Positions 1-15,343 of a stretch of DNA of 64,000 nt are shown in pieces. Source of the DNA: Amoeboaphelidium protococcarum X5 (lineage: Eukaryota; Fungi; Aphelidiomycota). The stretch covers positions 124,001 through 188,000 of the forward strand of contig JALDTO010000288.1 in NCBI GenBank assembly GCA_023515725.1. The letters are read 5' to 3'. Positions within the stretch are counted from its first letter, which is position 1; the number at the start of each line of letters is the position of its first letter. The position numbers and the translations under genes are program-made. The notes under the pieces are model-generated. The model was not told where the DNA came from, ran no database searches, and saw only the letters and a list, made by a program, of their open reading frames with translations.

Positions 1-256
1 TTCTGTACAGAATGTGTTAAGGAGCAGTCGGATATTATTATTATCGCTGCTTGATTATTAAGCTTTCTTGTGACGACGAGGACGATGACGACGATGTCGA
101 CGACGTGTAAAAGACTTCCGACAATGACGAAGATCGTTCAGCTTGAGACAGAACAAAGTGACAAATGAAACACCAGAATAGCAGAGAGCATAACAAGAAC
201 ACTGCCACAAATTACTTGAGAAGCCTTGAAGAAGATGATGATGATGAAGTTTTCAT
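1..256 (-). CDS. 5' part of an uncharacterised secreted or type II membrane protein (runs off the window)
   Basis: ATG at 256. MKTSSSSSSSRLLKQFVAVFLLCSLLFWCFICHFVLSQA: hydrophobic segment then Ser/Gln-rich stem. Open to the window edge with TAR=Gln. Confidence 0.6.
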
Positions 257-832
257 ACTATTTTTCGCCAGCTTACCAACTCTCAAATGATTAGACTTTA
301 CAACCTTGTCATAATTTTAAATCGATCGCTAGTACTCGGCGATTGTATTGCACTCACTCCCTCCTGACTACTTCCGCCACTTTCCTGAATCACTAAAATA
401 ATCCACCGTCATTCTAATATGTACTCAATGCGCAGAATAATAATCTAAATAATGAGACTACGCTGCCTACTAAAAATTGAGACAAAGTGTGTCAATAGTA
501 ATCAATTGAAGCATTATTGCATCAAATCGATCAAACTTGTTGTATTGAGGCTTCAAACTTTCCCCCGGACCGATCCAAACTGTCGTTGTTTGATCAACTT
601 GTTCCCAAACGGGCGATTGTTTTTATTTGTTTCAGCCATGAATTTTACCATTTTGAGTTATACACTAGATGATTTCACTCTATATTTAACACAAAAGCTA
701 CTGCATACATTATTATAAGCACTATCGAACTCTGGTCAAACTCAAGCGACGTGGAACTGTTTAAATTGGCGACTCTGTGGAATCTTTTGGATAAAATAGC
801 GTTCAATGCAATAATATGTAATTTATTCATTA

Positions 833-2452
833 TCAAATCATGTTCTTCAAGTAAGACCTCAAATCCTACAATAGCCAACGGTGCTACCAAAGCTATAAGC
901 AGTGTTCAACTATAGTATGTATAATGACACTGTGTTATGCAAATTCTTCCTTCCAATTTATTTCACCAGCATCCAAAACGCAGTACGATTTGAATTATTA
1001 CACCGTAGTTCTTCTATCCAGTACAAAATCCCAATTAAAATTTTGAGATGTCCATTACAATATCATAACACCCATCAGCCATAAGTCATAATTTTGAGAA
1101 ACATGAGATTCCGGAGCGCTATCACGCGCGTGCTGAGGTTTAAGGGATGTAATCGTAAAACGACCGGCTAGATCGTAATCAATCAGTACAATCTTATCAT
1201 CATCATCATGTGCCCAACATATATTCGCAGCGCGTATATCGCAATGACATTTACTGTGCTTTTCACCCAGGTAAGACAGTATATCAACCAACTACAATAA
1301 AACGCTTCTCAATTGCATTATTCCATTAGGAGGACGAGAGTGGAGATTACCGCCTTCATACAATGGCATAGACAGTATCGACCCATTGGCGTCCCAACTG
1401 TCACACAAAACGCGATCTGTAAGAAGCCTAAAAGGCAGAATATAATTATTCCCAGACCAAAGGCTATACAACTTATACACACGCTTATTTTCATAATCAA
1501 TGTAGATGGGGTTGTAGAATGACGGACGCGCTGTTAATTCAGATGCCTTCAATTTCCAAAACGCTTCCCATACCGCACCAGGAGGGATCCAACAATGTCG
1601 AGCATGTGGTTATAAAATATCAGCAGAATGCTCAACCAGTCTTTGCTAGACTTAAAGCGCCCACAAAACCCATGAAGACAACATCGTAGCCATATCACGA
1701 CCACTTTAACGCTTTGAGCACTTAAGTTAAATCTTACCATCGCAAAATAAAAAATTCAAATCAATGCAAACCATGAACAATGATTTATGAGACAGAAGTG
1801 GAACATAAAAGTACCATTTATCACCAAATATGTCCGACACGACATCCGCAGGTAGCATAGGATAGACTCGCTGTATAAAGCTAATACCATACACAGCAGC
1901 CTAAAGCGCGTGAGGCACAACATTGTAAATACTCGGACCTGAGAGTAGAAAATCTCTTTTGACTTCACAAACTGCACCGATAATATCCTCATGTCCAATC
2001 TTCTACAGCATTACATCAGGCTAACTACTACGCGGACAATACACTCTAGGTGTTAGAGGATCTATTCGCACCTAGTTCGCGGTACTGCGGGGAATTTCTA
2101 TATCTTAAGCCCAAGTATAACCATCGACTTTCAACATCTTTATAATATGCTCCAACAGCTTAATCACCATAGGCTATGTGTCATTGATCTCATCCAAATC
2201 TACAACAGACGACACACTATTTAATAGTTATTCCACATCTTTTACACCATTTTACATATCTTAAATCTACTGTTAATTCACTTTTTGCAGCAATTCAGCG
2301 TTAAAATCAATATCATCTGTAAAATAGAAAGGTAAGTAGTTTTGCAAATCGACTCCAACACATGTGCTATTAGTGTCCGACGCCTCATACTATACATATT
2401 CCCTAACATTATCAAGATGCTTCTACGCACCATTTATTGGATGTGATTACAT
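833..2452 (-). CDS. PD-(D/E)xK nuclease-like + protein kinase-like fusion (Crinkler-type REase-kinase), ~539 aa
   Basis: Single ORF under TAR=Gln, ending in TGA at 833-835. SQPDVML...GAVCEVKR...QAAVY nuclease-fold motif, then kinase motifs VYK, HCDIRAANI, LIDYD and DLWLMG. Confidence 0.7.
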
Positions 2453-2700
2453 ACTTGTGTATTAAAAATCAAATGGCTATTTAATAAGAAGAGACAGAGA
2501 CAGAGAAAAGAGATTGCGCTAGGTGGAGTAAAAATACCGAAAGTTGTAAATGTTAACATTCCAGTAGTAACAGCCAATCAAAACGAAGTATCGTGGCGGG
2601 CAACAAAATTAGAGTATATTAATGTCCATACATATACAGATTATTTCGTAAAATGTAACGATTGAGAGTGAAATAAAATAGGAATCATATGCATAAATAT

Positions 2701-3678
2701 TCAAAGGCATTTGGATAAGATTGCATCTTGATCGCGCAGAGTTTAGAGCGCTGACACACATGGCCGTAATTGTACGCAGAAATTGTTATTTACACAGACT
2801 TGAGATAATCGAGCCAAGCACTCATCCTAAATCTGAAAAGACTCATCCATTTATTGCGCCAATAGAATGATTGATATATCATCTTTGACGCGTTTAAGAA
2901 CTTTATACATCTTTTGATCAATCTTGAGTACAACAGATCCGGCTTAAGATTGATGGTCTTCATTCCCAGGAACCACTGTCCTAAACAAAGGTAACATATA
3001 GTAAAGATCCTACTCAAGCATATTAGATTTAGTAACTCCATCACGCCACATGAACACATAAAACTCAATCCCACTGGATAGGACTAAAGTACTTAGCTTA
3101 TACAGTAAATACTGTGATCGGGATTAAGACACCAACGGGAATCTCACAAAAGGCAGCGATGGTAATACATCCAAGCTTTAATCGTCAGGCGGCGTAGAAG
3201 TAGTATCGTCAATAACTGCGTTCATAGCTCTATTGATAAAGTCTTTCTAACTTTCCCATTAAGTATCACAATCGATTTGATACACAAGACGTGCCAGTCT
3301 TAGGGCCACCATCTCTCCCAAATGACGGTTGTTTCCAACAGTTATCACCGCAATACCTCGCCAACTCTCAACACCGCGGCATTAAATGATATCTCCATTG
3401 CTTAATTCAAAATCTGCCAATGGATATTCATTATATTTAGATATTTTACTAGAGCTGTGTGTTTGATCCACTTTCAATTCCTAAGTAGACTGACAGTTCC
3501 AATTGAGAAGAGTGATCACAGTGCCAACAAATATTCCGTACTACTGCTAATCGCGCAATGGCGCTAGCTCAGCATCATTGTTCACCCAGGAAAATAATAT
3601 AAGACTCTGAATATCGTCCTCCTCTTTCAAATTCGCCACCTGACTCTAATCTAAAATGAACACTGTCTTTATCATCAT
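2701..3678 (-). CDS. Uncharacterised ~325-aa protein with N-terminus resembling the HPS4/CCZ1 first longin domain
   Basis: Open ATG..TGA under TAR=Gln. N-terminus VFILDQSQVANLKEEDDIQSLILFSW...QQQYGIFVGTVITL resembles the HPS4/CCZ1 longin start. Confidence 0.55.
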
Positions 3679-3959
3679 ACACTACAGTGTTAACGCGTCT
3701 ACTGTGTGATTCTCAATGAAAGATGTTTCGAGACGCGCGGTCAGTGGGTGGACTTGTTCAGTCTTTCTCTGTTCATGTGAAATTTTGCTCACTGAGCGTC
3801 GTTCTCGTTTCTCCTTCTCTCTCAGTCTCGTTTGGTCCAATCTCTCCGTTGAAGGTTCTTTTGTGTGTTTAGTCCGCATTTAGCTTTAGTTCTACTTGGT
3901 AGTCAAATACATTGAATAAGAGTTCGTAATTTGAAATAGAACGTAAATTATATTACAGA

Positions 3960-4721
3960 ATGGCGGATGATAGCGAAGGTTTTATAGATTCGAGTTTGAA
4001 TGTCAAACCGGGCAAGATTGGTCAGAATCCAACTACTATCAGTGGTGGCGGGTATTCTAATTCGTAACAGTCGTCCCAATAGTAGTAGTAGTCATAGTAG
4101 CCAACATAGACACTCAATACCTTGGATGAGCCTATAAGTGAGACGTTTAAACGTGATTTCGGAAATATTGGCAAGAAAATAAAGCTGGTACTTTTGCCAA
4201 CTGGTTAAAGTAAAGCTGTGCTCAAAGACTGGGATCTATGGGGGCCTCTGTTGATGTGTCTCCTTTTGGCTTCGATGCTAGGCTTTCGATCCAGCGAGCC
4301 ATCGACTGTATTTACGGGAGTATTCTTTATATATTGGTGTGGAGCCGCTGTAGTTACGCTGAATGCAAACCTGCTGGGTGGTAAAATATCCTTCTTCTAA
4401 TCAGTGTGCATACTTGGCTATTGTCTATTCCCAATCATTATAAGCGCCATCATTGTGTACATCATTCCTCTGCCATACTTTATTCGCGCAATCATAGTGG
4501 CAGTGTGCTTTCTGTGGAGTACTTTTGCATCAGTCGGATTTTTGGGTGTTGGTCCACGTTTGGAAACTGGTGGTGACGGTATACTTCCAATTTCATTGAA
4601 TATGAACTCAGCATCGCTCCAAGTCAATGAAGGTGGAGTAGCTGAGAATCGCCGACTACTTGCTCTCTACCCCGTCTGCTTGTTCTACTTTGTAGTTGGC
4701 TGGATTGTATTCGTTGGATGA
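3960..4721 (+). CDS. YIPF6: Yip1-family Golgi membrane protein (YIPF6/Yip4-like)
   Basis: NTLDEPISET, LKDWDLWGPL, GGKISFFQ(TAA)SVCILGYCLFP, LALYPVCLFY. TGA at 4719-4721. Confidence 0.92.
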
Positions 4722-5174
4722 ATATCTTAAATATTGTCATTTTATAATTGAAATGATCGTATAGTTTCTGCATCGTCTACTTTGTTTTGTACAGCAACTC
4801 TCCATTCTTAAAGTGAATTCATTTTCTGCAATTCGAAAAGTCCACAACTAAATAATCACTCTAACCAGAAATATTTCAAGTGTTTGAAACCGAAACAGAG
4901 CCTTCATCAAACAAGCAATGACTCGAAAGTCGCGTTAAATGGTCATTTTCGGCTCATTTATCAGCTCCAAACTTGCAACTTGCAATGTAACAGTTCTTCT
5001 TTTCACCAGTTTTGTTTCAATTTCTGTTTTTGTTTCGGTTTTGACTTTCTGTCAATATCAAGTGATAGTAGTCATACTGTTGTCCTTCTCCCCACCTTCG
5101 TTTAATTAAAATATTTAATTTTGGAGATTAATTACTAGCTGGTTATCTCTTTTGAAAATTTGATATAGACTAAG

Positions 5175-7115
5175 ATGGCTTTGGTAAAGTACAATCATCT
5201 TATTCAATTTTGTCTGCAGTAATAGTGTAATGACTCTGCTCTGTTCTATGCACATCTATACTATGCTCTAAACAGAGACAGCTGCTTGAAGTCTGAAGCA
5301 TAATATCTATTGGCCAGATCGTATTATGTATGTTAGAAGTATCAGGAATCTTATGAAGTTTTAAAGCAGATTAATGGTGATTTAGATTCCAAGTCTTCCC
5401 TATTGCTGAGGGACTTGTGCATCCGTCTATAGAAAGATCAAGAGCTTGTGGAAGTAACTTTAATGCTGTAACAAAAGCGTGTAAGTAATTAGAGCTTCAC
5501 TGAATCTTAATTAACATTTGACTATGGTAATGCAGAATTTTCAAGTCTATAGAATTAAATCATTTTGGCCAAATAGTATCAAACATAAAGTCGGCATTAG
5601 GAAGCTGTTTAATGTTGTCATAATGTTCTGCGTGAATGTCCATTCATGGTTGAAGCATGGATGATACTGGCTCAGTGCAGTGGATAGTAGTAAAAATAAA
5701 TGAATTTCAGTCGGTACTTCTCTGAGTTCGATCCATCATTCATAGAGAGTCATCTACTGTCTACATTTTAATCATCATCGTTACAGAGTAGTATTGTAAA
5801 GTCCAAGTCCATGTAATTAGTTAATAGTAGCTCTCGCAACATCACTGTGAGATCCCATCAAGTGGAATCCATCCAGGTGGTCAAGGAGAAGAAGCGTACT
5901 AGAAGTGGATAGACCAAGTCTGCTTCTTAGACTAGTCTAAATATGAAAATGGACAGAATTTCAATGGAGAGTCAGGTTGACACTGTGGATATGGCTATGA
6001 TTCTTCTAATTTGTCAATTTCAGTATTCAGTTCACTCTTATGACTATCCTGTGGCATTGTCTATTTTAAAAGATTTGCCTCGATCTGTTACGGAATCTCT
6101 TCCAATATCGCTGGCTTTCATCTCAATCCTCACTGAAGTTGGACAGTATAGAGTTGCTTATTCCGTAGCGTAGAAAGTACTTGCATTATATCCGTATAAT
6201 AGAGAGAAATTGGAGACATTTTGCACCGTGTTTTGGCATCTATAGGATGATTCCGCATTATCAGTACTGGCTTAGAGGCGATTAAGTACAGTTAAGCCGC
6301 GTGGTGGTGTCTAGAGTACTCACATACTTGATGATGCTCATGCTTCCCCCGCTGCATTCTTGGCTATAGGAAATCTGTACTCTTTAAAGAATAACACTGA
6401 GATGGCTATAAAGTCATTTGAGTAGGCAATTAGACTGTCTAATCGTGATAATAACCAGCGAATGATAAGTTATTGTCAGTCACTGATAGGCTATGAACAT
6501 TTGGCAGCTGATAGTGTGAACAATGCAATAAATGCATTCAAGTCTGCGATATAAGCAGATCCTAGGAATTACATTGCTTGGTATCAAATGTCTAATCTAT
6601 GCATGAAGTCGGAGAAGATTAAGGATGCAGAGTATTGTCTCAGACGCGCTCTAACGATAAATTCACACAATGTGGTGATTAGAACGGCTCTGGGTAGTCT
6701 TCACGCTAAAACCGGTTAAGTTGATGTTGCCCTGGTAGAGTTTGATAAAGCTATTCAGACAAGCAAGTCCTTATCCGGCGTTCAACTCCCTCCTATATTC
6801 TCAACGTATTGCCAGATTCCGGATAATCCTCTACCGTATTATAAGAAAGCCAGCTCTTTATCATCCTTAGGCAGATATGAAGAGTCTCTGAATTATTATA
6901 AAAAGTGCGTCCATCTTGTCCCACAAGAGTCGTCGCTGTATATTAAAATGGCGGAAGTGTATAAAGCTTTGAATAGAGTTGATGACGCGGCCAAGTGCTA
7001 CCTTAAATCATTGTCCCTGTCAAGTCCAGATCCGTTTGAGTTGCTTAATACATCCTCGAAATCGTAATCATCTAAAGAGTGTTTAGAGAAGTTATTTAAG
7101 CAGCAAGCATAGTGA
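5175..7115 (+). CDS. CDC27: Anaphase-promoting complex TPR subunit Cdc27/APC3, ~646 aa
   Basis: N-terminal ALFYAHLYY..YLLARSYY and PFMVEAW. C-terminal TPRs LETFCTVFWHL, AIGNLYSLK, LIGYEHL, DPRNYIAWY. Confidence 0.85.
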
Positions 7116-7225
7116 CAATAATGATGATATTTATGATGATTTTTAATCGGAAGATTTTCTCTTTCTTTGTTTTCACAGTATTCAATCAGCGCTTGGAGGT
7201 TCCATAGTAATATTCAATTATAGCA

Positions 7226-7648
7226 ATGAAGTTGGTGAGATTCTTGATGAAGTTATAGGGCGAGACTGTGACAGTCGAATTAAAGGATGGAAGTTGCGTG
7301 ACTGGGGTCATTCAGAATGTGGACATGTAAATGAATACGCATCTAAAGAATGTTAAACTGACGCCATCAAAGAAAATGCTCAAAACTGCCACTCTACCAC
7401 CGAGTGCCAAAGCTGGCGATGTAGTACCTCTAGAATAAATGTCTGTACGTGGAAACAATGTCCGCTATGTGCTGCTACCTGATGGTCTCCCTCTGGACTC
7501 TTTCCTCATTGATGACCGACCAAAGATCAAGGGTCGTCTCGCCGATGGAGCTGATAGTTCAAAACCGCGAAAATCTGCTAGAACTGGTGGTCAAGGCGCG
7601 TCATCTTCGAGAGGTAGATCGCGTGGCGGAAGAGGCAGAGGAAGATGA
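7226..7648 (+). CDS. SMD1: Small nuclear ribonucleoprotein Sm D1
   Basis: [43 protein letters not shown] and an RG-rich tail. Confidence 0.95.
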
Positions 7649-8061
7649 ATTAGATTGACGCGTGAATGTGCAATAAAATACTTAATTTGACATTGTTCTA
7701 TTCCATCAGTTTATTGTTGTTATTAGTGTACGCGTATTGGCTAGTTTGATGAACGCCGTGTGCTGTAATGTAGATGACGAAACTGAATTATTGAAGGTAA
7801 ATGTACTCCATGCACTGAATTTAAATACGAAATAGCTTTCGCTGGATAGATAATGACAGCGATATCAGAGTGCGTTTGCACTAAACTGTATTCTATGTCT
7901 GCTAGAACGAAAGCTATAAACACATGATACGTGAAATTAAGGAGATGGAATGGTGCCCCTGACTTAGAGGCGAACCCAATAGGAGAAAAAGGCCCAGTAT
8001 ATTATTTTTATCAAATCGCGTGATTATCATTGGCAAACTGAAATCTTATACTTATTGCAAT

Positions 8062-9447
8062 ATGTAGAAAATGCTGACGTATATCATTCTATTGCTAATA
8101 TTGACGATTTAGTCCACGCTGGGTGATGAACCTCCTAGATCAACGATTCCTCTGCAAGTTCCCAAAGGATAGAAGGATGATGCAAGATTTGTGGCGGAGG
8201 CTGGGTGGATCAATGATATCAGATAGAGACTGGAATATTCTGATGAGCATAGATACACTCCACGTAATGTGATATTCACACTGGCATCGCGTATTTTGAA
8301 TGCCCTGAAAATCGTCGGTAGAGTGGATGGTGCAGAGTCGTGTTAGATCAATGTGCACGATGAGAGATTGCTAGCTGAAGTTCCTCTGATCGGTGCATTC
8401 ATCAGCGACATTGGCACCTATGAGTATAAGAAGAGTATTGATAAGTGGACCGTGCTGAAGAAGTATCCAACTGCATACGGCATGGCTATCATTCAGAAGT
8501 CTAATAAGAAGTGTCTGGATAAATTCGCTAAGCATTACACCAAGTACAAGTGGATGTACGGCTTGAATAATTATCTGCAAAAGATCTATCGCAAACGCGC
8601 ATTTAAAGTGGTGCCTCCGTTGAATCGCCAGTTCTATAAGACTATGCTGCGTTAGTTTGTGGAAGTCAATGCACGCAATGTTCAAGAGGGACGTACGCCT
8701 TGCTTTAAGCACGTCACTGAGACTCACTTTAGTCATGCCGTCGTGTATAACAAGTGCTTCCCCAATGTCTTGCGCACGCCGAGATTGGAAAAATTGGCCA
8801 CGATGTTCGAAGTTCCTGCATCCATAGTTGACCATCCACTGCATGTCTCGGCTCCTCTGGGATCAGGCGCTATAGCGTGGCAGACTGTGGATGATGTTGA
8901 TTAAGAAGCGGTCAAGTTTGCGAAATTGCTCAACTTTCTGGAGATTGCAGGACCATCCGGTACCACTGATATGATATTAAACTTGAGTCATTTGTTCGGG
9001 ATGAACTAACGCGAGCGGGACATGGTGCTTCTGTAATGTCTTTTGTATTTGGTACCTCAACATCACAGCATCATTGAGATTCAGATGGGATTCGATGGAA
9101 ATCCTGCAGTGAAGAGAAGTAAGTCTACGTGTAACGCCATCTTCTTGGGTGATAATGGCCAACCGAACAATGTGGACGGTGACAGCAGTGGAACAAGTGT
9201 ATCATCACGTAGTCCTTCGTTGATATCAGAACTGGAGTTGAAAAGTTCTGTTAGACAATTGGAAGAGTTGTCAATCTTTTGTCTACTGATGCCATTTGAT
9301 GATATAATCCCGGGGCTGTTTAGCGTTACTGATGTCATTAGCCCGTAGAGTATCGCGTAGTACAAAAGTCAAGGACGGATCATGGAACTGAAAAGTAAGA
9401 AGGACTTGGTGAGTAGAGCAAAGCTTTTGATGAAGAGATTAAGCTGA
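8062..9447 (+). CDS. Secreted ~461-aa protein with AGPSGTT...HHSIIE (S-HxxxE) motif; candidate AMPylase-like effector
   Basis: Signal peptide MQKMLTYIILLLILTIQSTLG. Joins track ORFs 8353, 8659 and 9043 in one frame. Ser codon 8956, His 9064, Glu 9076. TGA at 9445-9447. Confidence 0.7.
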
Positions 9448-9569
9448 AGTAGAGGTATAGATTAGAGTTGGATAGATATGAATGAGTCTTAGATGGACTA
9501 GAATTATTAAATAAGTTTTGATATTATCGTTTGTTTTGACTAATCACTTTCACTAGAGACTATAATCGA

Positions 9570-11486
9570 TCAGAGTTGGCTAATAGCCTATTAATGAGCT
9601 TTAACAATCTTCTTATCGCGCTGTACCAGATTAAACCAATTGACACCATTGCATCTTGAATAGCGAACGCCTTGGTTTTGCAGATTATTGGCTATAACCT
9701 CCTGACTGCAGTATTTATGCTTAGGCTCATACAGCCGAGTTATCCAAAAGTCTGAATACCAGTCTTTAATCTACACAACATTAGAGATCTCATAATCATC
9801 AGTTTAAAGTTGTTGTATTAACACTTACCTCGAGAGGGAAGAAGAAGCCAAAAATGTCAAAGTGCCTTCGTGACACCATGGCCTAAGTTAGAAGAGAGCA
9901 TTTCCACTTCTACATACACAAAATCAATTGATGAGAGGTTAAACTTGTACTTTATCGTGAAAAAAATAATGTTACCGCATCGGAAGGACCAGCCACACCG
10001 AGACCTTCATTGAGATCCAATTGAGTCGTAAAATAAGAAGCCCAACCAGCAGTCTCAATCCTAAGATCGTCATTTACTTGGTAGTAGTAGTCAGCACCTT
10101 CCTACATTGACACTAAGAAACCAATGTTCCAAATTAAGGTGAGCCATCCATTGGAACGAGGCATTGGCAGGTAGCGCACTACTAGCGAGTCTTACAACGC
10201 AGAATCGTTGATCATTTAATCGATTGCAGAGGTAACATTCTCATACATTGCAGCATCGGTATCAAATATGCAGTCACCCTTGTCAAAGAGTATATAGACG
10301 ATAAATTTAAATTAGGATGGTTCAGACGGGTCAATAGAGGCCAAGAGTGATGGCATAAAAATACTAATTACAGGAGAGATTTGACCATTGTTACAGCTAG
10401 ACTTTGTTGGAACACCCAAAGCTATAACCTTTCGCCTATCGATATAATCTGCCTTAGAATGTGGCAGCTTAATAAATTTATTTCGAACTAAAGAGCGGGC
10501 GTAAGTGTACATGTAATCGGCTCTAATTTAGATGTTGCAAAAATCTTGACCTTCAGTCTTGAAACCTTCTTGATTTAAATCAGTAATGCTAACAGAATCC
10601 AACTTGGCCATATAATTCGCATTATTATTCCAAGATAGATCATTCAAAGAGCACTCAAGTGTATTGAGACAGGTAATGCGATCATATATTATACGCTTAG
10701 CAAAGGAGGAACGTCTATTAAGTCCCAATACAAGTACAGATGCTTAAGACAACTATTAAGAGGACCACACTATACCGCCAACTTTACTCAAACTTTGTAT
10801 AATTTGGTCGACATAGCTCTTATCAAGTTTTAATGAAAGATCAGCATAGACTACGTTCTCACCATAGCGCGTAAAGAGATACTAAAAGGCCAGCAATCTG
10901 GTATATTGATACCATTGTTACTATTAGTCAGATAACTTGTGTTATTCAATCGCATCATAAAGAACATGATCATCAGTAGAGGCCCATAAGCCAAACTGAC
11001 GCGGTGTCAAGTAATTCACATTAGTCCATAGATTAACTTCTTCAGCTACGCTCTCAGAATTGGACATATCAATAACCATTATCTGCCCAATTTTGGTATT
11101 ATTATTGATTTTATGAAGACTCTACACGTATATAAATTATATAGTACTAGAATTAAAATGGTGTACTTTAATAAACTTACTCCAACAAATTCGCGCAGTT
11201 GCTTCACTTGCGATGCGTTCTGCATAATGGTAAACACGATTAATTGTGATGACTGCCCAGTATGAGATGCGAGACTTTACGTCACAGACTAGGTTGCATA
11301 TCGCTAGGATGAGCTATCATTCCAGCTATTTACTACGCTATTCTCGGTGGTGGTTACCAAGCGCTTCGATATACTAGATGATGGTCTCATACATCGAACT
11401 TGCCCAGCAGAGCGACGATACATGTACAGAGTGTACACCGAGTACAAGACTCCAGCAGTGAGAATTATTGATATGAATCTATTCAT
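9570..11486 (-). CDS. Type II membrane GT-A fold glycosyltransferase, 4 exons (introns 11122-11180, 9910-9975, 9771-9828)
   Basis: N-terminal TM anchor. ADYYYQVNDD, GVAGPSD, LLTQAMVSRRHFDIFGFFFPLEIKDWYSDFWIT. The GT..TGTAG introns give a continuous, motif-consistent protein. Confidence 0.75.
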
Positions 11487-11760
11487 TTAATCCAATGCCA
11501 AGATATAAAAAAATAGTATGAGTGTATAAAATGTTACAAAAGTATTTCTAGTAGAGGTTATTCAACTTGAAATGACCGTAAATGGACGCGTTTAAGACAC
11601 GACGAGGCTGAAACAAACTTTGAGTGACGAATAGAGAAAGCAGACGATACGCCATATTTGACCTTTAAAACAGAATCAATCTACTAAGAATCGAGTAGAA
11701 ATTAAGCTAACAAAGAAGCGGATATATTCAAGTAACTAAATAAATTAATTGAATAATCAA

Positions 11761-12945
11761 TCAGGGAAGAGGCTCTTCGTTGTCACTGAGTCTGGCCAAG
11801 TGTAAATACGCATCTGTCCCGTATCCTTCCATACTGATCAGGCGCAAATCTCCGCCAAAGTACCGGGCATACAGTCGTGATAATGGCAGTCCGTAACCGA
11901 ATCCAGCCAGGGGGGCTTTAAAATCGGATTAACTCGAGTTTGGATCCATAGCAGGAGCTTTAGCTGTAGTGTACAAATAAGTCCATACCATGTTCATCTC
12001 CGATCTAGGGATACCGCCACCTTCATCGCTAATCTTCACCGTAATATCTTCTTTACCCTCGGCGACAATCAGCTTGATTCTAGGATAAGCGTCACTATCC
12101 AGACCATGAGTCTCCACAACGGCACGCAATGAATTCTTCAATAGTTCAAACAGCATGTGATGCAGATGACTCGGAACATACATAAACTCCAAATCTTTCG
12201 GACAATACATCTTAATTTCCGGTGCCTTGAATAGACCATAATAATCTTCACATATGAATCTAGAATTATCAATCGCATCCTGCGCAATCTCTGCAACATT
12301 GGTCTTGGTACAGATGACACCAACATAACCAGGTCTGTGCTGTCCCTTGTTCAACGCAATATGTTATCCTATCAACATACGGATCCCTATGCGAGACATG
12401 TAGAATCTATCTAGAAAAGATTACACTGCAGAGTCCATTATAAGAGAGCGGTTGAAATTCTTCAATTCAAGAATACCAGTAGCCACAGACTATACCACCG
12501 GGTCATGTCGCCTCTTTATCCCCTCAATCACCTGGGTGAAATTGCTGTTAAAAGTATCCACATTTGATGGTAGTTGTGGTTCATTATCATCCACCAGAAT
12601 GTGATATCTCTTGCTCCCGTTCGAGCGATACTTTGTCTTGACACCCTGAGGCAGTTCCATCTTGGGAAACTCGATCAGCTCCTGAAATGACTCTGCATAC
12701 CAATTCTTGACTTTAATTACGCTCGGCATATCACTGAGACCATGCGGAAGATTCTCTAGTTCAACTACTCGGTGAGCCAGTCTGATAGGAAGTTCATCTT
12801 GCAAGAACATGGCCGCCTTCAACAGCGTTCCCTACGATGGATTCTGTCCAAACTCAACCATTTGTCTCAGCGATACTCCAGTCTGTGGGAACGATGCATA
12901 ATGCTTGATCTACTTGGCTAAGAGTTCTGAAATTTTAAATAACAT
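11761..12945 (-). CDS. PDK: Mitochondrial pyruvate dehydrogenase kinase (PDK/BCKDK family)
   Basis: [59 protein letters not shown] then TGA. Confidence 0.95.
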
Positions 12946-13261
12946 ATTCAATTTACTAAAAACTCAAATGGTGAAAGTTGGAGTATTATCGAATCCAATC
13001 AACTGATAGATCGGCAATTGATAAGGAGGAAGAAGAAGAAATAAATAGAAGAACGTTGTTCAAACACGCGGGATTGTTGATATGCAAGCAGTCTTGACCA
13101 GTATGGCTGGATGTGTTGAATAACTTATTTATATGCCAGATACAATGGAAATACCTTTGTTTAATGTAATAGTACATTATGCTACCTTTGTGCCTCATAT
13201 TAATAAAGTACTTCAGGTTGATAATGTGAGGAGAGTCATAACGCGGAGGACAGTGATGATC

Positions 13262-13390
13262 ATAACTTGTATAAGCAGAGTATTGACGAAGGCTGAGAAG
13301 AATTATTCGGTCACTGAATTGGAAATGTTGGCTGTTTACTGGTGCATATCGAAGCTATTCTGTTACTTGGAAATTCCATCGTACACTATC
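13262..13390 (+). mobile_element. Degenerate Ty3/gypsy-type LTR retrotransposon RNase H fragment
   Basis: SRVLTKAEKNYSVTELEMLAVYWCISKLFCYL matches the retroelement RNase H signature. No RT, integrase or LTR is recognisable nearby. Confidence 0.7.
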
Positions 13391-13423
13391 TATTGTTGTG
13401 GTATAAAAGTAAGGCTGAAGCAA

Positions 13424-15343
<1,920 letters not shown>

